From: a virus
DNA length: 64,000 bases
Strand: one strand, 5' to 3'
Virus record (IMG/VR): IMGVR_UViG_3300025889_000075
Coordinates: 1 to 64,000 of that record
The notes below the pieces were generated by a model, which had not been told where the DNA came from, made no database searches, and worked only from the letters and a program-made list of their open reading frames with translations. The position numbers and the translations under genes are program-made. How positions within the stretch are numbered: the first letter of the stretch is position 1; every line of letters starts with the position of its first letter. Shown piece after piece: positions 19,178-26,886 of this stretch.

Positions 19178-19820
19178 ATGTTTTATAACTGGTTGTGATT
19201 CTAACACCGAATGGATGCTACCGTGGTTTGCAAAAAACTACGCTAAACATAACGATACTGAAATTGGGTTTGTCGACTTTGGAGTTACTGAAGAAACACG
19301 TGCGTGGGTTTATCAACAATCGCCGTTTAAGTTTATCTTAGATGTTCCTCGTCAAAGAGTTAATGGATGGTTTCTTAAACCGAAGGCATTAATTAAAACT
19401 CCGCGCCATGAAGTTTGTTGGATTGATACTGACATACACGTTCTTGGTGATATTTCTGGTATCTTTAATTATCTTGAAGAAGGTAAACTCGCAATGGTTG
19501 AAGATAAACCATGGAGCAAGAGAAGAGGTGAAACCTGGCACAACTCAGGCGTAGTTGGTATTAGGGGCAAACCACCAATTCTAACTGACTGGGTAGATGC
19601 TTGTTACGAGAATCCGAAGGTTGGGGATCAAGAGGTTTTGCATGAAATGTTGGTTGAGTCCCCTTTAAAACGCCTCAGCAATATAGTAGACTTACCCAAT
19701 ATATACAATTGGTTAAGGATTCAACTATTAGACGGTGACGATAATCCCAATAAATTGTGTATGCATTGGACTGGACATAAGGGCAACCTAGAAATCAGGA
19801 AGTTGATTTACAATGAGTAA
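19170..19820 (+). CDS. GT8-like (GT-A) glycosyltransferase
   Basis: WIDTD, HNSGVV, GDQEVL, HWTG..G; start at ATG 19170. Confidence 0.8.
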   Translation: MSRCFITGCDSNTEWMLPWFAKNYAKHNDTEIGFVDFGVTEETRAWVYQQSPFKFILDVPRQRVNGWFLKPKALIKTPRHEVCWIDTDIHVLGDISGIFNYLEEGKLAMVEDKPWSKRRGETWHNSGVVGIRGKPPILTDWVDACYENPKVGDQEVLHEMLVESPLKRLSNIVDLPNIYNWLRIQLLDGDDNPNKLCMHWTGHKGNLEIRKLIYNE

Positions 19821-19968
19821 GATTATTGAATTTCCCAAAAAACTTAATGTAATACAAAAACAAGCACAAGATATACTTGAAGAACTTAATGAGATTAATG
19901 AACAAGTTGACGAGATTAATCGTCAAACACAGATGATATTGGAAATGTTTGAGGATAATAATGAGTAA
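19813..19968 (+). CDS. small coiled-coil protein (51 aa)
   Basis: Not in track. MSKIIEFPKK...; overlaps both neighbours by 8 nt. Confidence 0.6.
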   Translation: MSKIIEFPKKLNVIQKQAQDILEELNEINEQVDEINRQTQMILEMFEDNNE

Positions 19969-20680
19969 GGTAGTTCATATTTTAGGTAATGGTGATAAAG
20001 CACATTTCTATCATAATGTGAAGAAAGGCGCAGATGATATGAAACTAATCTGTAATCTTCCACCATTCGAAATACCCATTAACGAAGTCTATGCTACATG
20101 CATGGTAGATTTTAAGATGATGGCAGCATTGACTGCTAATGCGCTGAACCTAGATGCCTATCGTTGGGTATTGGGTAATCGCCCTAAGATTTGGATGACT
20201 GCTCCTAACAACAGCATGTTTTATTTTAAATATGCTCCAAACATTCGAGAGTTTTATTTGAAAGTTCCAAAGTATGCTGGCAATGCCACTAATTTTAACT
20301 GCGGACATATGGCAGTACATTATGCTGCCAATAAACATAAAGCAGAGGAAATTCATATGTATGGATTCGATTCTATTTTTGATTTTAACATGAGGAGTTA
20401 TACTGACGTTGTTTTGTCGAGCGACAGAGGAAACGCCAACAACTATCGCCTCCTAGGTAACTGGCGACCAATCTGGACTGGAATCTTTAAAGAGTTTCCT
20501 AATACTAAATTTGTTATGCATCATGATCACACAGATGTTAAAGTTGAAATAACAAAGAACGTTGAAATTGTTGTTCATAATCCGAAACCGAAAGAGGAAC
20601 CATCGGAATGGAACAACAAGTTGGTTAAAAGAGCGAAAGACACCTCTACAGCATTGGATAGATTGAAAGCGCGTGTTTGA
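19961..20680 (+). CDS. Maf/sialyltransferase-like fold protein (putative glycosyltransferase)
   Basis: VHILGNG..ICN..NCGHMAVHYA..EIHMYGFD pattern of the Maf/MptE/CstII-like superfamily. Confidence 0.6.
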   Translation: MSKVVHILGNGDKAHFYHNVKKGADDMKLICNLPPFEIPINEVYATCMVDFKMMAALTANALNLDAYRWVLGNRPKIWMTAPNNSMFYFKYAPNIREFYLKVPKYAGNATNFNCGHMAVHYAANKHKAEEIHMYGFDSIFDFNMRSYTDVVLSSDRGNANNYRLLGNWRPIWTGIFKEFPNTKFVMHHDHTDVKVEITKNVEIVVHNPKPKEEPSEWNNKLVKRAKDTSTALDRLKARV

Positions 20681-21350
20681 ACATGTTAAAGTCGATCTTG
20701 GTTACAATGACCTTGAATCGCATACAGGTGAAACAAAAAGAACTTACGCAACTCCGGATGGCGTTAGGTATCCATCTATCACAACAGTTCTTAGCATTCT
20801 TAGCGAAAATTCTATCTCTGAGTGGCGTAAACGGGTAGGCGAAGAAGAAGCAAATAGAATTTCTACACGCGCTTCCAGAAGAGGTACAGCAGTTCACGAA
20901 GCAATCGAAAAATATATAGATAATTCTCCATGGGAGAACATCGTCAAAGAATATACCCCAGATGTTATTGAATCAATTATAAATGTTCGAGATATACTAG
21001 ATGCAAGAATCGGAAAAGTATACGGGCAGGAACTTCCTCTTTATAGTGACCATCTACGTGTTGCTGGGCGTGTCGATTGTGTTGCTGAATTTGACGGAAA
21101 GATATCAATCATTGATTTTAAAACATCCAGAAAACCAAAGCGAAGTGATTGGATCAAATCCTATTTCTGCCAAGAAGCAGCATACGCAATCATGTGGGAA
21201 GAACGCACTGGAATGCCAATTACCCAACTCGTTACCATAATAGCAGTTGATCAGTCAGAAGCACAGGTTTTTATCGAAAAACGAGACGATCATACCGCTC
21301 TTTTAACCGAAACAATAGCGACCTACGAAAAACGTTTGCAAAATCAATAA
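20673..21350 (+). CDS. PD-(D/E)XK exonuclease (T4-like phage core)
   Basis: YPSITTVL, RGTAVH, AGRVDC, IIDFKT, Q..AY. Confidence 0.9.
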   Translation: MFEHVKVDLGYNDLESHTGETKRTYATPDGVRYPSITTVLSILSENSISEWRKRVGEEEANRISTRASRRGTAVHEAIEKYIDNSPWENIVKEYTPDVIESIINVRDILDARIGKVYGQELPLYSDHLRVAGRVDCVAEFDGKISIIDFKTSRKPKRSDWIKSYFCQEAAYAIMWEERTGMPITQLVTIIAVDQSEAQVFIEKRDDHTALLTETIATYEKRLQNQ

Positions 21351-21387
21351 CTTACCACTTTACTTTTTCGAACGAATTGGGCATAAT
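21342..21387 (+). promoter_or_regulatory. early promoter with IHF-consensus box
   Basis: AATCAATAACTTA-N4-TTTACT-N17-CATAAT. Confidence 0.8.
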
Positions 21388-21413
21388 GTGTTTTCTTAAA
21401 AAGGAAATGTAAA

Positions 21414-21593
21414 ATGATTAAAGTTAAATTAGAGTTAAGAATTAAGCGTTTTTTAAATAATTATAGCGCCGCCCGCTATATCCCGCTACACCCTGATGAT
21501 TATAACCTTTTAAAATCTGAAGGTCGCCTAAACGATTTTCCACTTCCGCTTTTTAAACTAAAACCCTCCGGTGGTGGTAAAAAACCCGTTTAA
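21414..21593 (+). CDS. early hypothetical protein (59 aa)
   Basis: Not in track. SD AAGGA; lies between two promoter repeats. Confidence 0.6.
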   Translation: MIKVKLELRIKRFLNNYSAARYIPLHPDDYNLLKSEGRLNDFPLPLFKLKPSGGGKKPV

Positions 21594-21639
21594 AATCAAT
21601 GGGTTAGCACTTTACTTTTTTCCTGAAATATTAGACAAT
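21594..21639 (+). promoter_or_regulatory. early promoter with IHF-consensus box
   Basis: AATCAATGGGTTA-N4-TTTACT-N17-GACAAT. Confidence 0.8.
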
Positions 21640-21665
21640 ACTCTTGTAATTAAGGAGAATGAAAT

Positions 21666-21956
21666 ATGTTAAGAAACGGTGATCTGATTAAAGCGTTCGA
21701 ATTCGAACCAATTCCTGGTCGTGAAGATAAATATGTAATCGGCGCTATCGACCGTATCGAAGAATACGGATACGTAATCAAAGGTGAAACCATCATCAAA
21801 GATACCGCATACGGCACTGCTCGAATGAATGAAAATGTTACTGTTCGAGTCCCTTTCAAGACCAGATTTGAGTATGATGGTCGTATCGTTGCTCTGACTG
21901 AGGATTTTCGCTTCACTGAAGCATATTACGATGAATTTCCTGAGCAAAATCAATAA
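21666..21956 (+). CDS. early hypothetical protein
   Basis: SD TAAGGAGA directly behind a promoter. Confidence 0.8.
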   Translation: MLRNGDLIKAFEFEPIPGREDKYVIGAIDRIEEYGYVIKGETIIKDTAYGTARMNENVTVRVPFKTRFEYDGRIVALTEDFRFTEAYYDEFPEQNQ

Positions 21957-21993
21957 CTTATCGCTTTACTTTTTGGCTGGTTTAGACGATAAT
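21948..21993 (+). promoter_or_regulatory. early promoter with IHF-consensus box
   Basis: AATCAATAACTTA-N4-TTTACT-N17-GATAAT. Confidence 0.8.
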
Positions 21994-22017
21994 ATTCTTA
22001 TAAGTTAAGGAAAAGTA

Positions 22018-22176
22018 ATGAATCGTAAAAAATTAAATCATGAAGTTGGTTCGGTTTATCAGCGTCCTATTCTTGCCGAACCAGAAATCGCTGAGATGGC
22101 AATTATCGTTGCTAGTCTCGGTATGATCTTCACTTTCTTCGCCGCTCTGGCGATCTTACCTTGGAGCGTAATCTAA
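22018..22176 (+). CDS. small membrane protein (52 aa)
   Basis: Not in track. SD TAAGGA; C-terminal TM segment. Confidence 0.65.
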   Translation: MNRKKLNHEVGSVYQRPILAEPEIAEMAIIVASLGMIFTFFAALAILPWSVI

Positions 22177-22619
22177 TGGCAATGCAAGTCACAAGAAACA
22201 CTCACACGATGCATATCGTGAATCGTCTAAAAAGCATTTGTGAAAAACACGACTGGTACTTTACGTTAGCAGATGACTATCGTGCTTATGAAGCAGGTTT
22301 AGTCGTTGCTGATGAGATCAACTATCTCAAAAACGTGTTGGTTGCTCGTGGGTATGAGAGACAAGCAAAGTCTTTGATTGATCATTATCGTCCTGCGATG
22401 CCCACATTGGAAACAATGTTGAAACCTAAACCCACAAAGACACCTAAGTCTTATCCAATCGAGGAACGAAACATTCTTTGTGATTGGAGACTGCATGGTT
22501 ATCCTGAAAACGATGACTCATTCGTGAAACGTTTGGTGGAACAAGGTTACACGGAAGATGCAGCCGTGGAGTTGATGGTTGAGTACAAAATGGATTATGA
22601 AGAATGGAGAAATTCATAA
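22176..22619 (+). CDS. hypothetical protein
   Basis: HDWYF..ADDYR.Y..G motif; TAATG coupling. Confidence 0.75.
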   Translation: MAMQVTRNTHTMHIVNRLKSICEKHDWYFTLADDYRAYEAGLVVADEINYLKNVLVARGYERQAKSLIDHYRPAMPTLETMLKPKPTKTPKSYPIEERNILCDWRLHGYPENDDSFVKRLVEQGYTEDAAVELMVEYKMDYEEWRNS

Positions 22620-22837
22620 TGGATACGATTATTGTAATTGAAAAAATGAAAGAAGAGACTTTGGAGATGGCCATCTCCGCGGGTATAAAAACAAAGGGAT
22701 CTTGGTTTGTTCGTGAGTACGAAGATCAAGAAAGTTTTGATGCTGATTGTGAAATCAGTGGATCTTTTCACAAAACTTTAGAAGATGCTCTTGAAGCAGT
22801 TAAAGACATCTTTGAAGAAGCGGAGTTGTGGGCATGA
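22619..22837 (+). CDS. acidic hypothetical protein
   Basis: TAATG coupling, SD GGAG. Confidence 0.7.
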   Translation: MDTIIVIEKMKEETLEMAISAGIKTKGSWFVREYEDQESFDADCEISGSFHKTLEDALEAVKDIFEEAELWA

Positions 22838-23316
22838 ACGGATTTCGTAAGATGCAGGAACGTCTTGGTAAAGAAGGTTGGTTTGTTGGTTGGAATCTTC
22901 CTTGTTGTCAGACGTGTGCGTGGGAAGAGTTGAATTGGATTGATGTGGTAGAAGATACCACAAAAGTTCTTTTCAATCACTCTCAGGATTGTGAGGTCGA
23001 AAGCAGCGAGGAAGAATGCCCCATGTGTGACGGTGAAGGAGTCGTTGAAGGAGCTACTGGCGAACTCGATGAAGATTGCCTAGAATGCAGAGGAACAGGA
23101 TACATGGATTTTGGAAGTGACGTCAGCGATTACGACACATCCGTAGGTGGTTTTGTTTGTTATTCGCCTGAACAACAGAATAGTTCTTTGTTTTGTTTTG
23201 ATGGCAGTGAAGAAGGTGTAGAGAACCTAAAGACAATCGTTCCTATTATTGAAGAATGCGGATGTACCGTAAATTGGAACGAAACTGGGGACTCTCGTAT
23301 TGAAATCAGTTGGTGA
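22834..23316 (+). CDS. hypothetical protein with DnaJ-type zinc finger
   Basis: CCQTC plus CPMCDGEG...CLECRGTG. Confidence 0.75.
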   Translation: MNGFRKMQERLGKEGWFVGWNLPCCQTCAWEELNWIDVVEDTTKVLFNHSQDCEVESSEEECPMCDGEGVVEGATGELDEDCLECRGTGYMDFGSDVSDYDTSVGGFVCYSPEQQNSSLFCFDGSEEGVENLKTIVPIIEECGCTVNWNETGDSRIEISW

Positions 23317-23326
23317 GGTAAGATAA

Positions 23327-23482
23327 ATGAATAAAGTAAAGTCGGGACTCGAAGTCTCTTTTGATAATCTAATGGAATCTTTTGATCGTATACAAAAAAG
23401 ATGTGATCGGTTAGAAAAGATTACCATTGGATTGTATGTGTTAAGCATATTGACTTTTATCGTAATTTACACTAGAATATAG
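23327..23482 (+). CDS. small membrane protein (51 aa)
   Basis: Not in track. SD GAGGT; C-terminal TM. Confidence 0.55.
   Translation: MNKVKSGLEVSFDNLMESFDRIQKRCDRLEKITIGLYVLSILTFIVIYTRI
23450..23478 (+). promoter_or_regulatory. sigma70-type promoter for the RNA/tRNA/aceA unit
   Basis: TTGACT-N17-TAGAAT. Confidence 0.75.
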
Positions 23483-23484
23483 AT

Positions 23485-23608
23485 AAAGGTTTGGTAAGAT
23501 GATCAATTTCACGCTCTCCTTAACTACATGTGATCATCGGACATTGCGCGGGGTGGAGGCAATTCGTGCGAAGGGGCGACAATGTCATTCTTTTTAATGC
23601 CAACCAAA
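23485..23608 (+). ncRNA. candidate structured RNA or leader
   Basis: Stems GATGATCA/TGATCATC and GACATTG/CAATGTC, outer TTTGGT/ACCAAA; begins just after a promoter. Confidence 0.5.
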
Positions 23609-23701
23609 GACTCGAGTGGTCAGTGGTGGCACGAGGGTAAACCAGTTGAAATGTTCGTTATGACTGATGATGAGAAACGTGCTTATGTTGAAGCACAAAT
23701 T

Positions 23702-23786
23702 GGGAGTGTAGGAAAATTGGTAACCCCATCGGACTGTAAATCCGACGCCGACGGCATTGATGGTTCAAGTCCATCCGCTCCCACCA
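23702..23786 (+). tRNA. tRNA-Tyr(GTA)
   Basis: Acceptor GGGAGTG/CGCTCCC, anticodon arm TCGGA-CTGTAAA-TCCGA, long variable arm, encoded CCA. Confidence 0.92.
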
Positions 23787-23802
23787 GTTTTAGAATGTGA
23801 TT

Positions 23803-23878
23803 GCCGCTATAGCTCAGCAGGTAGAGCAACTGATTTGTAATCAGTAGGTCCCGAGTTCGATTCTTGGTGGCGGCACCA
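23803..23878 (+). tRNA. tRNA-Thr(TGT)
   Basis: Canonical cloverleaf, ACTGA-TTTGTAA-TCAGT, CCA. Confidence 0.96.
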
Positions 23879-23880
23879 TT

Positions 23881-23957
23881 CGGAGTGTAGCGCAGTTTGG
23901 TAGCGCATCTGCTTTGGGAGCAGAGGGTCGGGGGTTCGAATCCCTCCACTCCGACCA
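23881..23957 (+). tRNA. tRNA-Pro(TGG)
   Basis: CGGAGTG acceptor, TCTGC-TTTGGGA-GCAGA, CCA. Confidence 0.96.
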
Positions 23958-23977
23958 ATTTGTAACAAGAGGAAATT

Positions 23978-25192
23978 ATGGGCAACAAAAGAACATACAC
24001 AGAAGAAGATGTAGAAAAACTAAAAGGTAGTGTCCGAATCGAGCATACGTTAGCAAAACACGGTGCTTTAGAACTTAGACGTTTGCTTAGAGAAAATGAC
24101 TATATAAACACATTTGGTGCTTATAATGGTCAGCAAGCAATTCAACACGTTAAAGCAGGTCTTGAAGCAATCTATGTCTCAGGTTGGCAAGTTGCTGCAG
24201 CCGCTAATACAGGAAACGCAGTCTATCCTGATCAGAGTTTGTATCCCGTTGATAGTGTACCCCGCGTGGTGGCTAATATCAATAATGCTTTTCGTAGGCA
24301 AGATCAAATCGAATATCTTGAATCCGAAGGATTCGGTGGATTTCCTTTTGCGCCCATCATCGCGGACGCGGAAGCAGGATTCGGTGGAGCATTAAACGCA
24401 TATGAACTCGCTCGTAATCTCATTGAAGCAGGTGCGGCAGCGGTACACTTTGAAGATCAACTCGCTAGTGAAAAGAAGTGCGGTCATCTGGGAGGAAAGG
24501 TACTTATCCCAACCAGTCAAGCTGTACGAAATCTTAATGCTGCCCGTCTTGCTGCTGATGTATGTGATGTTCCTACAGTCATCATCGCTAGAACGGATGC
24601 TGAGTCTGCTAAACTCCTTTCTTCAGACGTAGATGAAATAGATCGTAAGTTTATGACAGGCGAGCGAACGCCAGAAGGTTTCTACAAAATCAATGGCGGG
24701 TTGTTCTATGGTTGCGAGCGAGGACAAGCATATGCTGAATATGCGGATCTTGTTTGGTGTGAGACCAGCACTCCCGATCTCAAAGAAGCAAAGATGTTTT
24801 CTGATGCGGTACGTGGTGCGTTTCCTGATCAAATGCTGGCATACAATTGTTCGCCAAGTTTTAACTGGAGACAAAGCATTCCTAGTTCAGAAGAACTGAA
24901 GAACTTTCAGAAAGAACTTGCTAAACTAGGATTCAAGTTTCAGTTTATTACGCTTGCTGGGTTTCATCAAACCAACTACAGCATCTTTGAGTTTGCTCGA
25001 AGGTATAAGAAGTCGGGTATGCTTGCCTACTCAGATCTGCAAGAGCAAGAGTTTGCTGCAGAGAGAGATGGTTACACTTCAGTCAAGCATCAGCGTGAGG
25101 TTGGCGTAGGTTACTTCGACGCGATTAGTACCGCTCTTGGCGCTGGCAGTGTAGCAGCAATGGCAGACAGCACAGAGGCAGATCAGTTTTAA
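23978..25192 (+). CDS. aceA: isocitrate lyase
   Basis: [73 protein letters not shown]. Confidence 0.96.
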   Translation: MGNKRTYTEEDVEKLKGSVRIEHTLAKHGALELRRLLRENDYINTFGAYNGQQAIQHVKAGLEAIYVSGWQVAAAANTGNAVYPDQSLYPVDSVPRVVANINNAFRRQDQIEYLESEGFGGFPFAPIIADAEAGFGGALNAYELARNLIEAGAAAVHFEDQLASEKKCGHLGGKVLIPTSQAVRNLNAARLAADVCDVPTVIIARTDAESAKLLSSDVDEIDRKFMTGERTPEGFYKINGGLFYGCERGQAYAEYADLVWCETSTPDLKEAKMFSDAVRGAFPDQMLAYNCSPSFNWRQSIPSSEELKNFQKELAKLGFKFQFITLAGFHQTNYSIFEFARRYKKSGMLAYSDLQEQEFAAERDGYTSVKHQREVGVGYFDAISTALGAGSVAAMADSTEADQF

Positions 25193-25202
25193 AAAAGTGG
25201 AA

Positions 25203-25277
25203 GTCCGTTGAGATGGTAATGGCCGGACAAGTGTGGTAGTAGGAATACGCCAGATGCACAGGTTGGTTCTACCACAC
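25203..25277 (+). ncRNA. candidate two-hairpin intergenic RNA element
   Basis: GTCCG/CGGAC stem then 9-bp GTGTGGTAG/CTACCACAC stem; GC-rich relative to other intergenic DNA. Confidence 0.4.
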
Positions 25278-25297
25278 ATTTAAGTAAAGGAGAATCT

Positions 25298-25546
25298 ATG
25301 GAAATTTTATTTGAAGTTCTAGGAGCTCTATTCTTCTTGTTAATTGGTATTTGCGGATGCATTTATGGATTGACTAATGACTTAAAAAAGAGTAGTATTG
25401 AAGATAACAGTATTACATTGAAACATGGTTTCGATGGAATTTATACCTTAATACATAAAGGACAAGAGTGGCATTACTCAAGTTTTTCAGAAGCATTGAA
25501 ACATATGGATTCATTACGAAGACCCCCAACCGGAGATCCTAAATGA
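25298..25546 (+). CDS. membrane-anchored hypothetical protein
   Basis: SD AAGGAG; N-terminal TM. Confidence 0.75.
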   Translation: MEILFEVLGALFFLLIGICGCIYGLTNDLKKSSIEDNSITLKHGFDGIYTLIHKGQEWHYSSFSEALKHMDSLRRPPTGDPK

Positions 25547-25734
25547 AACTCACAAGAGAGTCTTTTACTGGCAGCACGTTAGACGAATTGGTTCTAGATA
25601 TACTAGAAAGTCAGTTAGAAGACGTAATAGAACTGAGTAATGATCAAAAACTTATTGATGCATTTAAATACGTAATCGCATACAACAGTGTGCCCGGAAC
25701 CTATGAGGATGGAAAATATGACCTGTCAAGTTAA
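25543..25734 (+). CDS. hypothetical protein (paralog of next gene)
   Basis: Ends AFK.VIAYNSVPGTYEDGKYDL. Confidence 0.75.
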   Translation: MKLTRESFTGSTLDELVLDILESQLEDVIELSNDQKLIDAFKYVIAYNSVPGTYEDGKYDLSS

Positions 25735-25939
25735 GGATTGTACATGATAACGAGAAGTGACCTAAACGAACATGCATTTGAGCAATTGATTCGCAACGCA
25801 TTGATTGAACAACTTGAGGATTTCGAAGATAGTATGAACGATGATAGTATTCGTGATACTACTTTGGTCGAAGCATTTAAACGTGTAATTGCATACAATA
25901 GTGTGCCCGGAACCTATGAGGATGGAAAATATGACCTGT
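25687..25939 (+). repeat. 40-nt perfect direct repeat (25687-25726 and 25900-25939)
   Basis: AGTGTGCCCGGAACCTATGAGGATGGAAAATATGACCTGT twice. Confidence 0.92.
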
Positions 25940-25941
25940 GA
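25744..25941 (+). CDS. hypothetical protein (paralog of previous gene)
   Basis: Same C-terminal motif. Confidence 0.75.
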   Translation: MITRSDLNEHAFEQLIRNALIEQLEDFEDSMNDDSIRDTTLVEAFKRVIAYNSVPGTYEDGKYDL

Positions 25942-26617
25942 AGTAAGTCTAGTTGGTATGACATCGCCCAGTGCAATTACTGGTTGTCATACTGCAAATG
26001 AATTGATTGCTTATGCTGCTAGGGTAAGTAATCCAGCGAATCAGAATAACGAGAAAACAGCATCAAAGTTGTTGCGTTATTTAATCAAAGAAGGTCATTG
26101 GTCACCATTTGAAATGGTTTCAGTCACGATGGAAATTAAGACTACGCGAGATATCTCTCGTCAAATCTTACGCCATCGTTCTTTTTCGTTTCAAGAATTT
26201 AGTCAACGCTACGCGGTCAGTGAAGGTTTCACAACTAAACGAGAAGCACGTAAACAGCACCCTACGAACCGTCAACTGTCTATGGCGGACGATGACCCAA
26301 CTCGTCAAAAGAAGGCGCAGGAGGTCTTTAACGAAATGCAGGCAGAGGTTGCTAAGGTCGCCAAAGACTATTATGAGATGGCGTTGAATAATGGTATTGC
26401 CAAAGAGCAAGCACGCGCTCTGCTTCCTGAGGGTCTCACTGAGACTACTTTGTATATGGCAGGGACGTTACGCTCTTGGGTTCATTATTGCGAACTGAGG
26501 CGAGGACACGGAACTCAAAAAGAGCACATTGAGGTTGCCGACAAGTGTTGGGAAATCCTTGGTGTGCATTTTCCCGATGTAGTTAAAGCAGTGGAGATGC
26601 TAGATGAAGATAGGTGA
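25931..26617 (+). CDS. thyX: flavin-dependent thymidylate synthase
   Basis: HWSPFE, RHRSFSFQEFSQRY, AKEQARALLP, TQKEH. Confidence 0.96.
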   Translation: MTCEVSLVGMTSPSAITGCHTANELIAYAARVSNPANQNNEKTASKLLRYLIKEGHWSPFEMVSVTMEIKTTRDISRQILRHRSFSFQEFSQRYAVSEGFTTKREARKQHPTNRQLSMADDDPTRQKKAQEVFNEMQAEVAKVAKDYYEMALNNGIAKEQARALLPEGLTETTLYMAGTLRSWVHYCELRRGHGTQKEHIEVADKCWEILGVHFPDVVKAVEMLDEDR

Positions 26618-26753
26618 TAAACTTAATGGTGGTACAATCGTTGAGATTTTTGACGAAGGTTATGCTGTTTCTCGTAAAAACAAAAAAGAGGAAAACTATC
26701 CTCATCACAAAACCGAATATGTTACTTTCGTAAGGAAAACTGATGAACGGTAA
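26604..26753 (+). CDS. small hypothetical protein (49 aa)
   Basis: Not in track. SD GGAG; MKIGDKLNGG... Confidence 0.55.
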   Translation: MKIGDKLNGGTIVEIFDEGYAVSRKNKKEENYPHHKTEYVTFVRKTDER

Positions 26754-26886
26754 GAAAGCAAAAATGCTCCGAAGAAGTGGAGTGGTTGACAAAAAGGCAA
26801 AAAGAGATTACAATAAGTTAAATCGGTTTGAAAAAGAATTTCTTTCTGCCTTCTATAAAGCAAAACAACTTAGCGAGAACAAATGA
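26743..26886 (+). CDS. small basic protein (47 aa)
   Basis: Not in track. SD TAAGGA; MNGKKAKMLRR... Confidence 0.6.
   Translation: MNGKKAKMLRRSGVVDKKAKRDYNKLNRFEKEFLSAFYKAKQLSENK
26786..26814 (+). promoter_or_regulatory. near-consensus sigma70 promoter embedded in an ORF
   Basis: TTGACA-N17-TACAAT. Confidence 0.7.

Noticed and set aside
7644-20680. Island as host LPS-locus contamination or a DNA hypermodification pathway
   Set aside because: Genes are coupled to phage genes at both ends and lack membrane export components; no base-hydroxymethylase is seen in this window. DNA modification is not fully excluded.
20673-21993. Cas4-like nuclease next to regularly spaced repeats as a CRISPR-like system
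   Set aside because: The repeats are promoters separated by whole ORFs, and the nuclease is the standard T4-like exonuclease without Cas4 Fe-S cysteines.
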